Below the pieces are notes generated by a model. It made no database searches. It had not been told where the DNA came from and saw only the letters and a program-made list of their open reading frames with translations. A DNA stretch of 64,000 nucleotides from Eledone cirrhosa (Eukaryota), in contig OZ024750.1 in the NCBI GenBank assembly GCA_964016885.1, forward strand, positions 27,342,001 to 27,406,000, written 5' to 3'. Positions within the stretch are counted from its first letter, which is position 1. Every line of letters begins with the position of its first letter. Of this stretch, positions 57,369-64,000 are shown one piece after another. Both the position numbers and the translations under genes were made by a program.

Positions 57369-57742
57369 TAAGTCCATAAGAATCATTAGATAAGATATAT
57401 ATATATACAGTATTTCTTCTCCCAATCACAATGATATATATATATATATATATATATATAAGATATTAGTTTAACAATGATAATAATAACGAAGTCAACT
57501 TATTTTACATATTCATATTTACGATCGTTTCGGAGGGTTGATCATATTGATATATTCACTTATCTATAGCAGTTAGAGAACTGTATACTATCAGACATAA
57601 TATATAGGTTCGTTCATACCGTCTTCTTCGGAAACACATATGTATATATAATTACAAATGGGAAAAGCAAACAAGATAAAAAGTTACCTAATGCTAATGC
57701 ACTTCGAAGTCCCGACTGTAATCTCGGTGTGTAAGAAGCAGC

Positions 57743-57793
<51 letters not shown>

Positions 57794-58354
57794 ACAGAGA
57801 GAGAGAGAGAGAGAGAGAGTATTCCTAAGGTCGTTGACCTTATTGTTAGTGGCAGTTAAAACAATTCTAGAAAAAGCTGGTAACTTTTGGAAAGTTTAAA
57901 TGTTTTATCAAAGATCGTCTTAGTATTTCGGTAACTGTTAGAATTTGGAAGCTTGAAATGTTACATAAGGAGTGTACAATATGTTATATACTGCGATGAA
58001 TGACTTAAATTTGTTTTGATGGGAAATAATCAACGATTGTTTACGGATTTCTTTCAATTCTGAAGAGATTTGAAAGATCAAATAATCAAGGCACACACGC
58101 ACTTAAGACAAAGACAGATGTTATTTTGAAGTGAAGATTCTGTACATTTAACTATTATGACTTTTGAAAATAAAACTGTTTATTTTCAGAAAAGATTTAA
58201 ACGCTTTACAAATCTCAATATTAAACTGAACACACAGTTGTTTTCAGAATTGAATTTTATCCACCTAGTAAAGAATCATTAAAAACATGCACACACAGAA
58301 ACGCATACACAAACACACATACATATATATGTATTTACATAGATATACGTGTAT

Positions 58355-58690
58355 GTGCAAGGCTTAGTGGTTAGAACATTGGGCTTGCAATCGAAAGGTT
58401 GTGCGTTCGATTCTCGGACCGGGTGATGCGTTGTGTCCTTGAGCAAGACACTTTCTTTCATGTTGCTCCAGTTTTACTTAGCTGTAGAAATTAGTTGCAA
58501 CGTAACTCGTGCCAAGCTGTATCGGCCATAGCCTTTCCCTTGGACATCATCGGTGGCGTGGAGAAGGGGAAACTGGTATGTATGGGCGACTGCTGGTCTT
58601 CCTCAAACAAACCTTTTCCAGGTTTGTGCCTCGGATGGAAACTTTCTAGGTGCAAATCACATGTTCATTTGTGACCGAAGGGGGTCATCG
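58355..58690 (+). mobile_element. tRNA-derived CORE-like SINE
   Basis: A-box ggcttagtggtt, B-box gttcgattc, CORE-like gtgtccttgagcaagacactt. Relatives at ~10650-10900 (-), ~37900-38090 (-), 51228-51340 and 54850-54977. Confidence 0.75.
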
Positions 58691-58796
58691 ATATATATAT
58701 ATATATATATATGCAAAAGTTTTATTTAAAATTGTTGGGTTACAACAAGTAAATATTTTATAACTGATATAAAGCACTCGACAAGTTTTGGAGTAG

Positions 58797-59177
58797 ATAT
58801 ACGATATTAAACAAATGGAAACTATATTTATAAAATCATATTTATTTCATTATACATATTTCGGGGATACCATATTAAAAATATGGCATGCCTTCTTCAG
58901 ATAAAATACAATATATAAACAGTTTTATAAATAATTTTGACGTACCATAAATATTGAGCAACCGTTATGTAGGAAGCCGGTTTTGGTAGTCTACCAAAAC
59001 CGGCTTCCTACATAACGGTTGCTCAATATTTATGGTACGTCAAAATTATTTATAAAACTGTTTATATATTGTATTTTATCTGAAGAAGGCATGCCATATT
59101 TTTAATATGGTATCCCCGAAATATGTATAATGAAATAAATATGGTTTTATAAATATAGTTTCCATTTGTTTAATATC

Positions 59178-59183
<6 letters not shown>
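58797..59183. mobile_element. Near-perfect 387-bp palindrome of two family B elements, one hammerhead per arm
   Basis: 193-bp arms around a single T at 58990, one mismatch seen. Plus-strand ribozyme at 59072-59137: tattttat CTGAAGA..GAAA tatgt ATA atgaaata. Confidence 0.85.
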
Positions 59184-59223
<40 letters not shown>

Positions 59224-59361
59224 AAAAAGAGATGAAATCGAAAATGCAACTGGAGTCTTATTTTTTTTTTAAATATATATATTTATTTGGTTCCTTTACC
59301 GGTTTCGCAGTTCTTCTGCTTTTCAAAAGTAGAGTTAAGATGGAGGGTCTGTGGTTTTTCT

Positions 59362-59430
<69 letters not shown>

Positions 59431-59723
59431 ATTATTGACAGGTATGAGAATTAGTTCTCAATACGGAAGGAGAGTCTAAATATTCATTTAATAAGGTTCA
59501 GTTTTGAGTCTTGTTACTCAAGAGTTTTACTTGCGCCCTCACAGGATCATAAAGCAAAACTAAAAGTTCCCAATAGCGCAGTGAGTGGGTGTGAGAGTGT
59601 GAGGGAGGGAGTAAGTGTTGGTGAGAGTTGAAGGTAGAGAAAGAGTTTGAGTGAGGGAGTGAGGAGGTGAGTGTGAGGGAGAGAGTGTGCGTGTGAGAGA
59701 GTAAAAGTCTTTGTACTTCACTA

Positions 59724-59772
59724 CTTACCGTTTTGTCTTTTTTCTATTTTCTTCCTTTTCTTCCAGGTGAGT
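59724..59772 (+). promoter_or_regulatory. Candidate recursive splice site (3'SS abutting 5'SS)
   Basis: cttac branch-like motif, ~34-nt pyrimidine tract, then CAG|GTGAGT at 59766/59767. Confidence 0.35.
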
Positions 59773-60241
59773 CTTGATTGACATGTTATACCTGAACCTA
59801 TTTCTACGGCCATTATTATATAAGTTGTCAACTTCTGTGAAAGTTTTCTTTTCAGGTGTTTCTAAATGTTTGTAGAAATCAAATGTTTCATATTGATATT
59901 TTTAAATTTAGCCACAAGGCCAGCAATATAGGTGAGGGAGGAAAATCGATTAAATCGACTCAAATAATGGATTGATACTTTATTTTCTTTACCCTGGGGG
60001 GATATAAATCAAATTCGACCTCAACAGGATTTGAACTCAGAATGTAATTAGTCATAACAAAATGCCACAAAATGTTTTCTCCGACGCCCTAACGACCCTG
60101 CCAATCGATCTTCCCTGTATGACGTATCAATAATTGGAAATACTTGTATTTCTACCTTATTTTGATTTAATCGCGGTTTACCGCTCCAGACCCTAAACTG
60201 AACGAGGTACAAAAGAAACATCACTGTAATAAATCTAATTA

Positions 60242-60410
60242 CCATATTTCCCGGCGGGGAAGACGCTACTTTTTTCCTAAAATACGTCTAAAAAATCTAC
60301 CATGCGTCCTGGAGGCCGAAGGTTATTAATTATTTTTTTTACATATTTTTGGTTGTCAAAATTAGGGTGCATCCTCGAGGACGAAGCGTCTTCGGCGCCG
60401 GGAAATACGG
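60242..60410. mobile_element. Tc2/pogo-like MITE
   Basis: TIR cc(a/g)tatttcccggcg..gaagacgc / gcgtcttc..cgccgggaaatacgg; TA TSD. Confidence 0.8.
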
Positions 60411-60529
60411 TATTTATAATCCCTAGAAGAAACTCATCGTTATTAATAGGATATGAATTAAAAAACTCCACCAGACAAGAAGACAGCCGACAACCCTACC
60501 TCATGTATAAAATCTCCACAGGACAAAAC

Positions 60530-60765
60530 TCTTAACAGATGAAATCCTCCAGACTTATTAGGACAAAATACTAACCTTATCAGAAAAAAGACCCTCAGCC
60601 CTACTGGACAAAACCGTCTGGACCTACTGGACAATTCCCTCACCCCCTACTTGACAAAATCCTCACCCCTGCTGGACGAAACCATCTGCACCTACTGGAC
60701 AAAACCCTCACACCTATTGTAGAAAACCTTAAACCCCTACTGGACAAAACTTCCAGCCCCTGCTA
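60530..60765. repeat. ~21-bp degenerate tandem repeat ccctactggacaaaaccctca
   Basis: Repeated ctactggacaaaa motifs. Confidence 0.75.
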
Positions 60766-61212
60766 ACCCTTACCTATAGTAACTGGGTTGGGAATGTTGG
60801 CTAGACAATTAGATGCTTGAAAACATTTTTTTTTTCTAGCTAAACATCAATTTGTTTAAGCTATTACAGAGAGAATGAAGACCACACAGGGACTGAAAAA
60901 TAAGTTCGATGGGGGTGGGGTTGATGGGTGGGGTGGGGGTTGTTGGCTTCATCCTATTTTATAAGCTATGAGCACATCACTCTTTACATAAAATATAATA
61001 TATTAACGTATAACTTCACTTTGCGGATGTATGTATATATGTATATATGTGGATGTGTTCATATATATATACAGAGACCCACAGAGCCACAAAAAGTTCG
61101 GTAGCCACACACTTAATACATAGATCTTTGATGATTAAATATATTTGTGTGGGTGGTAATGTTGGCTGAGGTGACGTTGGTCTGGTGTATGAAGGAGACA
61201 AGCGGAAGTTCT

Positions 61213-61471
61213 AACATATGTTGATTTAAAACTTCACTATTCACAAGTGTTTTTTAAGCTTCATGTCATGTATCCATATTTTATCTGATGAGAACGCAGA
61301 TATTATCCCATGATGATATTTGTTTTTGAAATGCGCATAATAAAATACTTGGAACTCTTTTAACCATCTTTTGATCTTATATTATTTATACTCCAGTCCT
61401 ACAAACTGTAGAGTGCTACTTATCCGATATTTGCATTGCTTTATTGTGCTACAATAAAACTCACCTTCTAC

Positions 61472-61474
<3 letters not shown>
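61213..61474 (+). mobile_element. Family C copy; hammerhead at 61277-61347
   Basis: tattttat CTGATGA gaacgcagatattat..atgatatttgttttt GAAA tgcgc ATA ataaaata; ends in (TA)n. Confidence 0.8.
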
Positions 61475-61515
<41 letters not shown>

Positions 61516-61709
61516 AGGAAATGTGGTAAGGAACCAGATGGACCATAACGCAACAAAGTACTCAATACTTAGGGTAGTAGAGTGGGTAATAGGAACGAGT
61601 AGGACTCCGACGGCTGAGCTCAAGCCGTTTCGACGGCTAATTCTGGCCTCAGAATTAGCCGTCGATATTTGCATTGCTTTATTGTGCTACAATAAAACGC
61701 ACCTCCTAC

Positions 61710-61770
<61 letters not shown>

Positions 61771-62049
61771 AAAAGGGATATTCAATTTGTTGGTAATTCA
61801 ACAAATATAAATACAAGCTCTTCTTTCTTTTTTTCTTCTTCCTACTTATACATACATATATCCTATTTAAATTCTGCATAGCTTCTAAAAATAACGTTTT
61901 TTCAGCCCTATACCTCAACCTCATTTGCATACTTATCTTAATAATTTGAAATATCTGACTTTTCTTCTCTTTTCCTTCACTATCCAAGAAAAACTTGAAC
62001 CGTTAAGGTATCTTTTCTTGGTTATGTCAATATTAAAAAACAAACTTTG

Positions 62050-62110
62050 TATTTTATCTGATGAGAGCGTACCAAAGTTTTGGTACCCTTGAAATATATG
62101 TAATAGAATA
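62050..62110 (+). ncRNA. Type I hammerhead ribozyme (family B)
   Basis: tattttat CTGATGA gagc-gtacca-aagttt-tggtac-cctt GAAA tatat GTA atagaata. 8-bp stem I; the element ends ~45 nt later in a TA tract. Confidence 0.8.
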
Positions 62111-62164
62111 AATATGGTTTTATAAATATAGTTTCCATTTATTTAATATCATTGTATATATATA

Positions 62165-63128
62165 TAGTAATAATAATAAACTTGAAGACTAAAATCCAGA
62201 GAGGGCTCGATAAGGATAAATATATATCAAATATATAAGAACCGTAGAACAAATATTTATTAAAATAACAGATTAAAGTTTAAGCAAAGAATCGCTGCTT
62301 TCACCCTTAACGGGATCTTCAGAAACTAACAAAGTCAATCTGTGAACGCAGAAATGAATATTTCAAAAAACGTTCCAACCGGAGGAAGACAGGAAGCCGA
62401 TACTTTGGTTCGTGGAAACGTTCCCTCACAAAGAAAGGGATAAAACGAATATAATACGTCATTATTTGGAGCAGAGTTCAAATCCCGCTGAGGTTGACTT
62501 TGCCTTTCATCCTTACGGGGTCGATAAAATAAAGTACCAGTAATGCAATGGGTAATTGCTGGTCTTGTGCCTAAAGTAGAAACAATTATTTGGAGCGGAG
62601 AAAAACAATTACACGCAAAGACAAAACCACGTTTATGGTATAAAAGAAGTCGTAGACTTCTTTTATACCATACACGAAAAGGAGAATCATTCGGTTTCCT
62701 AGTTAGAATTTTAGTCTACGACTTCAGTTATACTATTTACGTGGTTTTGTCTTTGCGTGCAATTGTTCTCTCCGATCCACATATGACGTATTATCTTCGT
62801 TGTTTCCGTTCATTGCCAGAGAACGTCTCTATGAACCACCTAAGAGAACATTAGTCTACGACCTCTTTTATACCATAAACGTGGTTTTGTCTTTGCATGT
62901 AATTGTTTTTCACTGCTCCAAATAATGACGTATTATATTCGTTTTTTCCTGTTCTTTGCCAGAGAACGTTTCCACGAACCAAAGTATCGTCTTCCTGTCT
63001 TCCTCCGGTTGCAACGTTTTTTTAAATATTCACTTCTGCGTTCACAGATTGACTTTGTTAGTTTCAGAAGATCCCGTTAAGGGTGAAAGCAGCGATTCCT
63101 TGCTTAAACTTTAATCTGTTACTAATAA

Positions 63129-63130
<2 letters not shown>
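62165..63130. mobile_element. Family E fold-back element with hammerhead at 62277-62327 (-), interrupted by a SINE
   Basis: Inverted arms at ~62266-62660 and ~62853-63121. agttt CTGAAGA t-ccc-gttaa-ggg-t GAAA gca..tgc TT aaact (CUU triplet). The right arm and a homolog at 8520-8680 have CAGAAGA. Confidence 0.7.
62475..62590 (+). mobile_element. 5'-truncated dominant SINE nested in the family E element
   Basis: TSD attatttggagc(a/g)ga; absent from the other arm of the fold-back. Confidence 0.85.
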
Positions 63131-63198
<68 letters not shown>

Positions 63199-64000
63199 GA
63201 AACGTTGGAAAACAGGATGTTGTCAGCCAGCTAAAGGATTCTTCTTTCAGTTTTTATTAGGCTTGGCACTGTATCACTTTTTAAAATGTCATTTTGTTAT
63301 TTCCTGAAGTTTAAGAGGCGAACATATGTCAACATTGAATAGATAATGTGTTAAATATAATCCACTAAACACTGTGTTTTCTATATAGTCTACGGATTGC
63401 CGAGGCATAACTTTTGCTCTGGATTACGTTTTGTTCCAGGTGATCTATCATTGGATTAACTACAATACATCCTTTCGCCTATCCACAGAAGTAAAGGGAT
63501 ATGGAAATCAGAAAAAATAAGTATGCGTCTTATGACTTTACAATCTACATTAGGTTACATATATATATATATACTTCGTTAATTTTTTTATTTCAATTTT
63601 AATCTTGAAACCCCATTGTCATAACTGTTTAATCTTACCAAGTAGTACTGATATCATTTGATTAAATAGACGTGTAAAACTGAAATACAACTCTGTCGCG
63701 CTTGAAAAATTAATACTTTAAGTGGAGACTCACTTTGAAACATATACAATAACTACATACTCTTCTTTAGAAGCAGAAATTGTATTTTTGCTTCATCATT
63801 GACAACAATACTGGATGATGCTACACAAGTAGGTCTGGAAAAGCAAGCTATAAAAATACATTGTTTTCACTTCTCTTGACTCCAGCGTTCTGTATAAGGA
63901 AATCACGTGCACAAGACCATATGCATAGCTGTCGTTTTTCACCACATTCATATATATATATATATATATGTATGTATGTCTAAACTGAGAGACACACATA

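Noticed and set aside
58355-58430. tRNA gene
   Set aside because: The A/B boxes are the head of a SINE; no acceptor stem, and the sequence continues into a CORE-like body.

Overview
AT-rich eukaryotic (animal) non-coding DNA packed with (TA)n, (CA)n and (GA)n microsatellites. The dominant tRNA-headed SINE and overall repeat landscape suggest an octopod cephalopod (inference). No host gene is recognisable, and almost all ORFs in the track are microsatellite artefacts. The only clear coding unit is a full-length, two-ORF Tx1-clade non-LTR retrotransposon (30343-36132, minus strand) embedded in a (GATA)n tract. Manual folding reveals a second layer: about ten unrelated families of short non-coding elements, each carrying a complete or partial type I hammerhead ribozyme (CUGANGA...GAAA...NUH), typically joined to (TA)n tracts and often folded back as inversions. 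Two families form head-to-tail arrays (310-bp units at 41.8-43.1 kb; ~500-bp units at 17.6-20.0 kb) with the architecture of Penelope-mobilised retrozymes that release circular RNAs. Also present are ~30 SINE copies, RTE-derived elements, MITEs, minisatellites and a candidate recursive splice site. All structures were folded by eye, and repeat boundaries are approximate.
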